From: Oopsacas minuta
Lineage: Eukaryota; Animalia; Porifera
Direction: 5' to 3'
Assembly (NCBI GenBank): GCA_024704765.1
Contig: JAKMXF010000302.1
Span: 539,769 to 558,342 of the forward strand
Length of the DNA stretch: 18,574 nucleotides
The translations under genes and the position numbers were made by a program. Below are positions 1-9,814 of this stretch, one piece after another; position 1 is the stretch's first letter; each line of letters starts with the position of its first letter. The notes beneath the pieces are model-generated. The model made no database searches, had not been told where the DNA came from, and worked only from the letters and a program-made list of their open reading frames with translations.

Positions 1-503
1 TTATAATAATTAGCCAAAAAAAACAATAAAAATACAAAAATTCATATTAGTGGATAGAAATAACCAGAGGGGGATCTGTTGCGTGAGATTTAAACTCATA
101 TTTTGTGAAGGATCAGTAGCGTGCGATATTTACTAAAAATGGTAAAATATTCCAAACAGGACAAAAAGTCAATATTAAACAAATTTTATTTACATTTAAT
201 GACAAAGCTAAAGTATTTCTGAAAAGTAAATTATGAAATTCGTGAAAACATAGTTTTGAGAAAATCGAAGAAATATAATAAAGTAAAAGATATTACAGAA
301 ATTATTGAAGGTTTAGGAGTGATTATTTCCAGTAATCTTAGACACCAAATTTGGGAAGAATTGTCACATTTTGGTAAATGTTAAGTTCCCATATTTGTAA
401 AATATATTCACCTACATGAATATTGAATAATACGGAAATGACAGTTCAATACATACATTTTCTATTATTTTCTAAAACACACTAAAAGTTCAATTTTGTG
501 GAG

Positions 504-728
504 ATGGGATCCTTCTGTTCTTGCTTTAGAGTTACTGAGAGGACGGTTGAAGAAGAACCGCTAATATACTCTTGTGCGAGGCAACCCTCGTACCCATGTA
601 GACGATACCCTTATGGGTGTCGCGGATGCCTTACGTCACATAAGACGCTGAATGAGGCCACAATACTCTGTAAAGTGCATGGGCCTCCACCGGCTGAGAA
701 TTTCTCTAATTTTCTGTATTATACTTAG
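504..728 (+). CDS. Small ORF or first exon, putative lipid-anchored protein (MGSFCSCFR...EEEPLI)
   Basis: ATG at 504 in good context (gagATGg). The N-terminus has Gly2 plus Cys5/Cys7 (myristoylation/palmitoylation-like), followed by the acidic dileucine-like EEEPLI. The region is less AT-rich than its flanks. No family recognised. Confidence 0.3.
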   Translation: MGSFCSCFRVTERTVEEEPLIYSCARQPSYPCRRYPYGCRGCLTSHKTLNEATILCKVHGPPPAENFSNFLYYT

Positions 729-984
729 TCTACATGTTTTAGTGTTTTAACTTTTTAGTAATTATAGTTTTTAGCATATTATCTGTACCTTCGTAACCTG
801 TATGTTGTTTCAATTATCTTTTCAACATTTGATAACATAACTCAGCATGAGATAATAATTGAGGTTATAGGGCATATACAAGAGTTGGGGGAATAATTGA
901 ATATTATTTGTTGTGTTTCTTCACGGCTGGAGGAGTCATCAGTTAAGCTGTCATTCGCTTAAGACACCACACAATTTTTATTGA

Positions 985-1588
985 TTAAAAAATTATCAAA
1001 CAAAGGTGTCCTTTTGGCATTCTTTTCCTTCTTTTGATGCCTTCTTATCAGGCACCTTGTTGTTATGCTGTATTTGACCTACCAGTATTGTGGAACACTC
1101 TATCCACATTGAAATGAAACCAAGCTGATGTTTCTATGTATTCTCCCCACAGCATGGAGGCGATCGTCTCACCCTCGTTAGAGGAGATCCTCCTAGATTC
1201 GGACAGATCTATCTTGTTGCCTACAACCAAGAATGGGATCGATAGATTCACGTATCTCTTGATGTCTTTTTGTATTTCCTTGATTTCCTGGAGGCTGAAT
1301 CTATCTATGACAGAGAACACCAACAGATAGCCGTCACATTGATGGTAGAAGTCCTCCCGAATAATTCCACACTCATCAGTTCCTGCTGTATCCAGGATCT
1401 GTAAGATGTATAAACTGTCCTCCACTCTAGCCGGAGTCTCGTATACCTCCTCTATTGTAGGAATATATGCACACACGAATTCAGGAAAATGAGACATGTC
1501 TCACCAACAGCACCTACCTCGACACATTGTACATCTTCTGCTTCTCCTTGACTGATTTGTGCCCCTTCAGTGACTTCTCAGCTAGAAT
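985..1588 (-). pseudogene. Ras-family small GTPase pseudogene
   Basis: ORF 1063-1497 has G2 YIPTIEE, G3 DTAGT, G4 GNKID and G5 ETSAW. A degenerate P-loop (VGAVGETCLI) lies in another frame at about 1490-1525, preceded by KQKMYNVS in a third frame. The C-terminal helix LVGQIQH is frameshifted. A polybasic KRRKRMPKGHLCLIIF-stop (985-987) is followed by AATAAA (982-977). Confidence 0.8.
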
Positions 1589-1649
1589 CTAAGAAAATGT
1601 CACTCGTGATTTCAATAAATTACGTGAATTGATTTATTCTAAACTGAAA

Positions 1650-1996
1650 ACACATTATCCATTATCTACAACAGGGGTTCTCAACCAGTGGGTCGCGAGA
1701 GCTTTTTCAGTGGGTTGTGGAAGGTAGGAATTTTTACTGAATTTCAGTGATTCTATTATTATTAATTTGTGGTTAGTGTCGCATTGCGTAATTAGAAACC
1801 CTATTGTCATTATATGAATAATATATACAGGTTAAGTACATACATTTTGAAATTTACATTTTGGTTATGCCTTCATCAGGTGGGGCGCGAACGCTTTAAA
1901 AAGTTGGAAAGGGGGTCGTGGTCAGAAAAAGGTTGAAAACCCCTGATCTACAACAACACATTTCTAACATTAATACACATTATCCATTATCTACAA
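1650..1996. repeat. 22-bp direct repeat flanking the MITE region
   Basis: ACACATTATCCATTATCTACAA at 1650-1671 and 1975-1996. Confidence 0.75.
1672..1945. mobile_element. hAT-family MITE (274 bp)
   Basis: 15-bp TIRs CAGGGGTTCTCAACC / GGTTGAAAACCCCTG (14/15 match). Perfect 8-bp TSD ATCTACAA at 1664-1671 and 1946-1953. No ORF. Confidence 0.9.
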
Positions 1997-2228
1997 TTAC
2001 CTTACCTTTTATGCAGTTAATTCTTAGCTAGAATCAATAAAGGTCTCCCTTGATGAGGCTTCAGGTATCTCCATTTGAATCTATTTAGTAGTACGTACAG
2101 CACACCGTACAATTGCCAGGATACAAAGGAAGTTGACTGGATAAGAAGCTGAAGAAGATCAACAAAGACTACATTATCCACACTCTAACATCAATAGACT
2201 AATTCTACAATAAACAAATTCCACAAAC

Positions 2229-2361
2229 CTTTGTACTTTAAATCCAGCAAATCTTCACCTCTAGCCCTCAGCTCTTCACCCTTAGTCCTCAGCTCGCCAC
2301 TCTTAGCCTCTAGTCCTTCACACTATCCACACCCTTAGTCAGTCAAGTTTAACATCAAGAC
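2229..2361 (-). other. Possible decayed coiled-coil exon with 21-nt repeats
   Basis: The minus strand reads EGLEAKSGELRTKGEELRARGEDLLDLKYK (heptad period; GAGCTGAGGxCTA.. 21-nt units) between an AG at 2363-2362 and a GT at 2228-2227. The 5' part contains stops. Confidence 0.3.
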
Positions 2362-2369
2362 CTATAAAC

Positions 2370-2645
2370 AACAAAAATGAAACCAAGCCAAACAACAAAC
2401 ATTACAGCAAATTGCAAACATATAAAGTCAAACTGCAACAACACCAACAACAACAACAACACTTTACAAACATAATGCTAATACAACATTACAACAATCA
2501 AGCCAACACATTACATATAAGTCAAACAAGCACATTACAAAGAACATAAAGTTAAGCTGCAACAACAACATTTTGCAAACACAAATCTAACACAGCATTA
2601 CATAAAGAAATTTCTACAACTCAATCTCTACATTCCTACAAATCA
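2370..2645. repeat. CAA/ACA-rich low-complexity tract running into the gap
   Basis: Many CAA runs (e.g. caacaacaacaac near 2447-2460) and imperfect ACAACATTACA-like units. Confidence 0.7.
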
Positions 2646-2831
2646 NNNNNNNNNNNNNNNNNNNNNNNNNNNNNNNNNNNNNNNNNNNNNNNNNNNNNNN
2701 NNNNNNNNNNNNNNNNNNNNNNNNNNNNNNNNNNNNNNNNNNNNNNNNNNNNNNNNNNNNNNNNNNNNNNNNNNNNNNNNNNNNNNNNNNNNNNNNNNNN
2801 NNNNNNNNNNNNNNNNNNNNNNNNNNNNNNN
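2646..2831. other. Assembly gap (186 N)
   Basis: Run of N. Confidence 1.
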
Positions 2832-3402
2832 ACAAAATTAATACAATTAAGTAAAGATTGCATATCGTATTACCTCGAATAATCCGCGGGGCGATTATTA
2901 ATTTCAAGCTTCAGAGGTTTAGATATTTGTGCACGATTATTCATATCATACCTATGTTTATGCAATATTATATTTATCCTTACAAACTTAGATTGACCAA
3001 ACTAAAGGGGAATGATTCACTGCATGGTTATATATTTTTAGGACCCACAGGGGGGGCGAATATTCAAGGTAATCGGGAATTTCATATCTACAGGACTATA
3101 GGGAAGACGAATTATTGTCGTTAACAACAATTTCAAGCAAAAATGTCGAGCCACAGACTGGTAGCAGCTCAGGGTCATGTACTTTTGTTCTTTCAAGGGC
3201 AAGTCCCCCTACCCAGAAAATGGCATGCTGGACCACTGATTATGGATCCGGATCAGATAAATATTTTTCAAATATTATAAATTAAATTTGAAAATATCAA
3301 AATTATAATTCACTTACATTACTCCTTAAGGAAGTTAAAATAAATTCTCTGTCATGATTTTAATATTAAGAAACAATACTAAACAATAAATTTTAAGAAA
3401 AG

Positions 3403-5483
3403 TCAGTTAAGATAAAGGATTGGAAGGGAAATTTTCTCTAAACTATTAGATCTATTTAGTTGAAAACTTTCGATGTCATCATCAGAATGAGTAGAGATGG
3501 CTTCTAACTGCACAGCTTTCTGCTTAGTCAAAAGTTCAAGAGGGAGTGAAATGTTGTTAAGCTGACCCAAAGTTCGCAAATCGAAATAATATTTAGCGTA
3601 TAGACTTAAAGGGACATTAACATCCAATTGTAATAGGTCAAAAAAATATCTTTCCATTTTATTGACATCATCAACTTGTAATTCTTCGAAAAGCTGACAA
3701 TAATCCACATTCCACACAGCTTTATCATTCCATACTTTCGAAGCTAACAAGATTGATCCAAACAATATTCGTTTCCAAGTAAAAACTGAAATATGAATCC
3801 CTGCGTATATAAGAAGGCGCTCCAAATAGATGAGAGAAATAATTGCACATTCTGGTGTCAACTCTGCTGGATAAAAAAGCTGTTTCATGAATCTATAAAT
3901 GGTCTTGGTTTCTGGAATAAGGCAGCTATCGAAACAAATTGCATTGTGACTTGAAATTGGGTGTAAACGCTCATCAAAAACATCCAAGTTACGAGGTTGT
4001 TGATTTCTAGAATCGAATATGAGTAAATTATGCACTGCTAACGCTACTGATTTTAGGGTATGCTTCATATTTGGTTGTGCAACTGTATTTGAATCGATAA
4101 AAACACTACTGGTGGAGGAGGACTTCCGAATTTCCTTGTGATTCCCAATTATGGCTAAGTGGTTGTTGTTCCAATAGAACGACCGGAGGAATAGAGTAGC
4201 AGTGACATCTTCAGGTTTAGTAATATTGGTTAGTGAAGGGTATATTGGAATTGTAGAAGAATCTGTATTCCCTATGTCAAAGTTTTGAAGAGGGGTCTGT
4301 TCAGGTGTCTATAGGCAAAATTAAATAAATCGACCCTTGCTAGCGTAGCAACTAGATGTGACATAGGAATTTGAAAATAGCTACATACGTAGTTAATACA
4401 ACAATTAACTTGAGTGAATGACTTATTAATTAATCACACATTCAATGATTAGATACAGCAAGCCTTAAGAATAATAATTCAATATTAATTAGTTACGAAG
4501 TAATTTCTGGTATTATGTAATGCGAGAAATATGGAAATTTAAAGAAAACAAATTACTACAAAACCATAACGTCAATTATAGGAATGAGTATTATATAACT
4601 CACATTGCGGATAGAACATACCAGGAAAGATTCATGAAATGTTTGGAAGAACAGTTGTTCTTCCAATGCCTCGTTTATGGCGTCCTCCAATACAGACATC
4701 AAATTACCTTATAAGGAAACAGAATAGACGTAATGATATTTACATTCTTGTAATTTGAAATCTTGGAAATTAGTGGGGTATTATGAACTATATTTTAAAA
4801 GTCGAGCACTATTCTCTATAGAACTTACAATTCGATCTTTCGTTACTTTCTACACTCTGCTGACGGACTTTACGTAAACTCTCTTCTAAATTAAAGGAGT
4901 TTCGAGATTTTTTTACATGCATATCAACTATATCGTCCTCAACTTCTGCAGGCCTAGATCGTTTGTGTGAAGAATTCGAGTTAATACTAGTTTGGAGTTC
5001 AATGGAACTCGTAACGATGATTTCAGAGTTTCTCAAGTCTTCTAGAGTCTGTTTTTCAGTAAATTTGAAATTATCACCAATTTTAACAACTGTAGGGCGT
5101 TGAGAATGACACATCCTATAATCCTATTTAAGATTAAAAATAGAAACATAATTCGTAGGGATGTATTAAATTGTCACCTCCAAATTGGGACGATTTAAGG
5201 GTGAATTATTGGAATTATCAACATTTGAATACAGTGGATTCCGGTTATAAGAACATGTATGCTACTCACAAGGGTGTTCTTATAACCAGCATCCATTAGG
5301 AACAATTATGCTACTTACTAGTAATGGCGAGTTAGTAGTTATCTTCTCTTGCGATTGTGAGTAGGGAGAGACACAGTGAGGTGAATCATTTGATGAATCA
5401 AATGGCTGGGGCTTAGGAGATGGTAAAGTCCCTGTTCGAGAATCAAAGGGTCCCCTAGATGCCAACTAGTAGATAGATATATA

Positions 5484-5528
<45 letters not shown>

Positions 5529-6161
5529 GTCTATCTATCTATGTTAGATAGGCTAGACCAGACTAGACTAGATTAGACTTACCGTCGCAGATTCAAATAA
5601 TTGTCCCAGTTCTAGGGTGCGGAAAGAAGAATCAGGAGAACGATCATCAGTATTTTCTAATAGCTAAACGAAATAACAACAACACATAATATCAAATATA
5701 AATATCAAACACATTAAGTGGACCCCCCATAACTGCAATACAAATTTTGAGACTCTATGGACCCGGTACTGTCGTCCGTAACCGTTCTATTATTGCATAA
5801 AGATATTACCTGTTCAGTCTGTGATGCTCCTCTTATATATTTTTTTAATGGCGATGTGTTCTTGGGGGTAACTGGATCAAGATGAGGGTATAACATGTTA
5901 GCTGTCTCTCCTGACTCAAGTTGGTTACTCTTTTGTGATCCTAAAACACAATTAAACCAATATTCCAATAGAGTATAATTAATAGTATGGAATTACCTGA
6001 GCAAGTTCCAGGATTGGGTTCAGCTCCTCTACTAAGTAAAAGATAAAACAGATGTTAAACACAGGACAAAGATTGTTAATATTTGAAAAAAGATAAATGG
6101 TAAAGGGAATAATATGAAATAAAAAATATCCGACAACTAACCTCTCTACATTTCCCTGTGC
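3403..6161 (-). CDS. CCNY: Cyclin Y-like protein, copy 1 (multi-exon, long N-terminal extension)
   Basis: The last exon (4308-3403) matches cyclin Y (RKSSSTSSVFID..VAQPNMKHTLKSVALA, LTPECAIISLIYLERLL, WKRILFGSILLASKVWNDKAVWNVDYC, YAKYYFDLR, C-terminal RSNS). Upstream AG/GT exons 6161-6142, 6031-5997, 5940-5810, 5663-5583, 5465-5319, 5123-4829 and 4707-4622 all join in phase, total 1701 nt and have no stop. Possible further exons at 6480-6478 (ATG) and 6432-6286 are less certain. Confidence 0.88.
5232..5298. mobile_element. Tiny pogo/Tigger-like TIR remnant (hairpin) in a cyclin intron
   Basis: TA|CAGTGGATTCCGGTTATAAGAACA ... TGTTCTTATAACCAGCATCCATTA. 24-bp inverted arms, 20/24 match, with a perfect 13-bp core around a 19-nt loop. 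Confidence 0.55.
5471..5542. repeat. (AGAT)2-(AT)n-(TCTA)n microsatellite, intronic
   Basis: About 14 TCTA units at 5486-5541, preceded by AGATAGAT. Confidence 0.95.
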
Positions 6162-7101
6162 CTGTGGAAAATACAAATATTCAATCATTGCAAATAAAAT
6201 ACGATAAAATTCACAGTTTAATATTAATTAATATGAAATTATACAATAGATTATACGACGGTTATATTACTACAACGTGACATACGTTATGTGTATAATA
6301 ACGTGACATACAAGTTGAAGAATTCGTATAATTGCAGATAATGAAAATGAGTAAAATTATGATTCTATCTGTTGTAAAGAAAATTGGACCGAGTTGAGGC
6401 AAATGTCTGCCTACACATTTTCCATATGCAATCTGAAACACGAATTGATAAACCATATTCAGTTAGGAGTTACTCACCATTTTATCAGGAATAATTTTCC
6501 TACTAGTAAGAAAAGTTATACACTTTCTAGCCAGTTTCAAGCAAATTCGAAATAGCACCGTACACGTCCAACGCATAACTTGAAACCCATAATAGATAAG
6601 CACCGACATTTTGAAAACACGATTAAAAGATAAACAAATAACAATTCTATTAAAAGATTATAACTATCATTAGCTTATACTATTAGTGTATTAGTAATTG
6701 TATTTGTGTTTGACAGATAATAATACAATAACTACACGCAAGTTCATTAGTAAAGGAAATAGGTTAATAGAAGTGTTACTATATTGAAAATATATCCAAT
6801 ATTGTATATTTGTTCATTCCTGAAGAAATACTATTAACTTCAAATCCGCAGAAAATAATTTAAATTACTTATTAGTATTTGTTGGGTTTGTTACCATATG
6901 TCTGATAATAATCTCATTAGTATGCTCTACTAGTGTAATAATTCGATCGTAATTAACCATTTTTGGAACGGTGCTAAGAATTATTGATAATCCCAAATCG
7001 GTTACAATTGCTTTCAAAGCGTATTTCCCAAAAATATGTCAAAAGTATTTGGGGAATTATAAATCAGTTAGCATGAGTATCCCTCCTGAATGCTTAGCAC
7101 A

Positions 7102-8032
7102 TATATTTGCTATACAAACTAAGTTCGTTTGTCTCATCATTATGGGTCAAATCATTCCATTGAATTTTGATGTATTCAAGCAAATGCTGAGCTCAGTGTT
7201 GTTGTAAATACAATTATAATAGCCACAAGGTTTACCTTAATACTTCCTAATGATATAGGGAAGTATAATGTGATTCTAGGGATATAAGTATATAATTATT
7301 CTAAAAAATAGATGTCAATTCGGGTCTTAGGGAGGAGTGAGGGGCGCTTTGGCACCTAACTTGGTACCAAGCCAGAGGAAACTCAAAACTTCATTGGCTT
7401 TATATGTATATAACATTCCAATTTTGATGTCCGAAATTGTATATCGCTGTTACTGACATTCATTTGTCCTCCCTTAGGGTGTTATGTATTAATAGGTAAT
7501 AATTGTCACCGATAAAGTGATGATAATAATGTCCAAAAGTTATTTACAGGCATAAGCGGCAATATTCTCAGAAATGTCTCACCTTTGGAACTGGGTTTCC
7601 TATCCGTCTCCCTTTCCTACAACAACACCATAGTAAAGCCAGGATGAAAGATAGAGCAACTATAATCGCTATTCCGATAGGTACTAATGAGTAGTAGTAG
7701 AGATGTGGATTTTCTAAAATGATAAACCAAATGAATAACGAGCCTTGCATTAGGTTACAGTGATATTCGCCTAATAGCAAGTTCATACATTAGTGAGGGA
7801 AATGTCCACATACGACTTGCTAATAGGTGAAGTCCACAGTATATAAGTTCCCTCTTCTAAACGGGAGAACAGTGGGGTTCGCTATTAGCAACTATCCTCT
7901 GCCTTCTGGAAACTTGCTAAATAATGGCGAACACTCCTGTAGATCAATACAACGAAGTTACTCATTGGAATGTGGGCGAATGCACGTGCGTCAATTGCAG
8001 ACTCACTTTTATAATCACAATCCTCCAGTATA
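7102..8032. repeat. Inverted segmental duplication, copy A (partner 17642-18574, runs off the window)
   Basis: Position x pairs with about 25676-x. ORF 7568-7786(-) equals 17890-18108(+) except H/Q. The copies are near-identical over 7102-7800 and differ more over 7800-8032. Confidence 0.95.
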
Positions 8033-8317
8033 CACCATCTGATAAAATCAAACTTGACAAATCTCACTCATTTCGTAATACACAATTGACTAATTCTGTA
8101 ATAGAATATTGAATTGTATACAAACTGAAATAACATACTATCCCCAATCAGAGATCACTTATATACCTATACAAGGCTAATGAGCTCTTTACTATTGAAC
8201 ATTTGGTCAATCATATATTATTAGCGATAATTAATGGAATTTTGGCCCAAAATACTAATTCCAATTAATTAATATTAGTATAAACTTACCAAAAGCATTC
8301 ATCTCTAAGTGTTGTCC
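7327..8317 (-). CDS. Single-pass type I membrane protein, 3' micro-exons (unknown family)
   Basis: Phase-consistent exons 8317-8290, 8038-8007, 7936-7903 (GC donor), 7713-7583 and 7446-7327 give ..GVYWRIVIIKECSPLFSKFPEENPHLYYYSLVPIGIAIIVALSFILALLWCCCRKGRRIGNPVPKRYTISDIKIGMLYTYKANEVL..PP-stop: a TM helix, juxtamembrane CCC and a basic stop-transfer. The 5' end was not resolved. Confidence 0.6.
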
Positions 8318-8677
8318 CTGAGACGTAAATGACGATTAGTAAACATGTGTAATAACACTTTGCCTTTGAGGAACTTCTATATCTACTTTACTCTGTATTT
8401 CATCTTCAGTATATTTGGATTCTGATGAAAATGATAAGTATTGTCCGAATGTTAGTTGTTCCAATGCTTCTATTCCTTCCATTTACTTATCTAATAAATA
8501 TAATTACTTTAAGTTATTCTATGAATTAATTCAGTTTGTACAATTGAGCTATAAACTACTCATAATTTTCCACATTTGATCCTATTTTATGCTAAATGTT
8601 ATTCCTGTCCACATCATATTGGTGTAACTTCCCTATGCATATATCAAGTGTCCATATAGTTTTACTTTACAAGAAAT

Positions 8678-9814
8678 TCACATGAACCTATCTTTACAAT
8701 CACTATGTAATTGGTTGAAGGAGCCTCTATTTATTATATATCATTCGGATGCTAAGATATTCAAAATTGGGATTGAACCACAGCTTGTATTCCTTCAAGC
8801 AATTGTCATTCTGGTATACAATTTAATTTAACGGAGTTAACATTTTCTCAGAGATGAACCAAGATTTCTCATAAATAATTAGAATAATTCCGAGTTCAAC
8901 AACTTTACATAAATATGCTAAGGTTGAATATTATGAATAACTTACCCATGTTCATCTCTCTCCATCAAATGGTATCTACCTCTGAAAGCAACTAAATGCG
9001 CGTAATAAGCATGAGCTGGAATAGATACAGATCTGGTACACACTACATATGTATGACATAATTGGTAAGTAAGAGATTGTAGCTCATCAGCTGTAAAGTT
9101 GTTCTCATCCCATAATACGTGGTAATGAGATGGATGAGATGTTCCCTATAAGAACAATATTAAATTGAATTATCATTTGAATATAAATTGATCGAAGGTC
9201 CAATTGAAACAGTAGGACAGCGGTCCCCAACATTTTCGCCCGTGGACCCATATACCATTTTAACACATGCTGTGGACCTCTTCACATAAACTTTTGACAT
9301 CCTGTGGACCCCCTGCTGTCATCTGTGGACCACCAAATGATCCATGGACCCGCTGCATTAGGAATCTTTTACCTATTAAAATCAATAAGATCGCTAAATT
9401 ATAATCCAATCATATAACTTAATACAAAACTTATATACGTATTCCAATATTTATGTAAAATAGTTCTAAAAATAAGAACTTACAAATATTTACATATAAC
9501 GCTAGTGTATCCATAAATGAAGCAAATTATAATCTACAAATTACAACTACAGATGCCATAAATAATTAATATGACTTTCCTGTACACATACCTGAATACC
9601 TGAATGACGACAGATAGAAATCAAATTCTGTTGGATGAGTAATACCTACATCTACTGTAGTACCAGCTGGGATGTTGCCAGATTTACCACATTGATCTTT
9701 CTTCTCTGAACAGAACAGACGAGTCTGGACGATAACGAATGTAATTCCAGGCTTGTAGTCAGCTTCTAGTTTACTACAAGCTTCTCTTACTGCTCTCAAT
9801 TCTTGACTCAATGC
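8678..9814 (-). pseudogene. AGO: Argonaute (AGO clade) C-terminal PIWI fragment, disrupted
   Basis: Exon 9814-9592 reads [50 protein letters not shown]. Exon 9145-8946 reads [55 protein letters not shown]. The KRHH motif is deleted (12 nt) and a 2-nt frameshift precedes GIQ|gt. A possible last exon at 8726-8678 (GSFNQLHSDCKDRFM-stop) is low confidence. No N/PAZ/MID exons occur in the window. Confidence 0.92.
9218..9355. mobile_element. hAT-family MITE (138 bp) in the Argonaute intron
   Basis: Ends CAGCGGTCC... / ...GGACCCGCTG. TSD CAGTAGGA (9210-9217) vs CATTAGGA (9356-9363), 7/8. Five internal (G)TGGACC motifs. Confidence 0.75.

Larger units (their letters stand above)
2832..5663. repeat. 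Segmental duplication or haplotype copy A (direct; partner 12333-15226)
   Basis: 2832-3372 is identical to 12333-12873 (offset 9501). Homology continues through the cyclin Y exons and introns to 5663/15226. Confidence 0.95.

Noticed and set aside
1136-1330. 64-aa plus-strand ORF
   Set aside because: Antisense shadow of the Ras-like ORF.
2614-2907. ORFs spanning the N gap (2614-2907, 2636-2863)
   Set aside because: Artefacts of translating Ns.
2858-3124. 88-aa ORF, duplicated at 12359-12625
   Set aside because: Non-ATG start, AT-rich composition and no motif. Its identity in both copies reflects the duplicated block, not conservation.
4520-4714. 64-aa plus-strand ORF
   Set aside because: Overlaps a cyclin intron and exon on the opposite strand.
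5372-5378. CACAGTG heptamers here and at 13052-13058
   Set aside because: Both lie inside cyclin exons, have no nonamer-like motif, and are in the wrong orientation for a right TIR.
4809-6456. Five short minus-strand ORFs treated as separate genes
   Set aside because: Better explained as exons of the cyclin Y-like gene running into intron sequence. ORF 5979-6188 is in the wrong frame for the 35-nt exon.
6971-7207. 78-aa plus-strand ORF
   Set aside because: GTG start, no motif and no splice support.
7827-8112. Overlapping ORFs 7827-8042, 7885-8067, 7924-8112 and 17469-17849
   Set aside because: They span intron and exon sequence of the membrane-protein gene or its antisense strand, and their frames are not conserved between the inverted copies.
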